A stretch of DNA of 64,000 bases from Eremomyces bilateralis CBS 781.70. Taxonomy: Eukaryota. A program made the translations under genes and the position numbers. The stretch lies in assembly GCA_010015585.1 (NCBI GenBank), contig ML975154.1. One strand, 5' to 3'. This document shows, piece after piece, positions 63,897 through 64,000 of the stretch. The number at the start of each line of letters is the position of its first letter. Position 1 is the stretch's first letter. The notes under the pieces were generated by a model. It ran no database searches. It saw only the letters and a program-made list of their open reading frames with translations, and was not told the DNA's origin.

Positions 63897-64000
63897 GGCT
63901 GTTAGATGGCTTTCCTAACTTTTCGATGAAAATTAAAGTACTCTTGTCAGTGTGAAGTGCTTAATATGATCTGGACAGAGCTGCAATTATATAGATATCC

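Noticed and set aside
63250..63918. 222-aa plus-strand ORF
   Set aside because: Antisense to the clear GST gene and starts at a non-ATG codon.

Overview
Gene-dense nuclear DNA of a filamentous ascomycete (Pezizomycotina), with short introns carrying CTRAY branch points. About 22 intact protein-coding genes, one intron-containing tRNA-Glu(TTC), the end of a hAT-like DNA transposon at the left edge, and at least one decayed gene. Housekeeping genes: RPC40, complex I 49 kDa subunit, serine racemase/dehydratase, MSS116/CYT-19 helicase, ValRS, SDS3, SNU23, TOP2 and an Xbp1-type APSES factor. An accessory-looking left block (about 3-16 kb) holds a bacterial-defence-type SIR2_2 domain gene, a CFEM/PTH11 receptor, a P450 and an intronless secreted protein with a Wnt-like (minimal-Wnt/Lipocone, DUF6973-like) DAFRH...HE...MDLxNN..GR core, which is the most striking item. 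Other points: a candidate non-AUG mitochondrial extension of ValRS, two GC-AG introns, a secreted Zn-deaminase, palindromes flanking the tRNA, an omega-like GST absent from the ORF track, and a recurring C-rich to G-rich switch near gene 3' ends. All family assignments come from motif recognition by eye; no searches were run.
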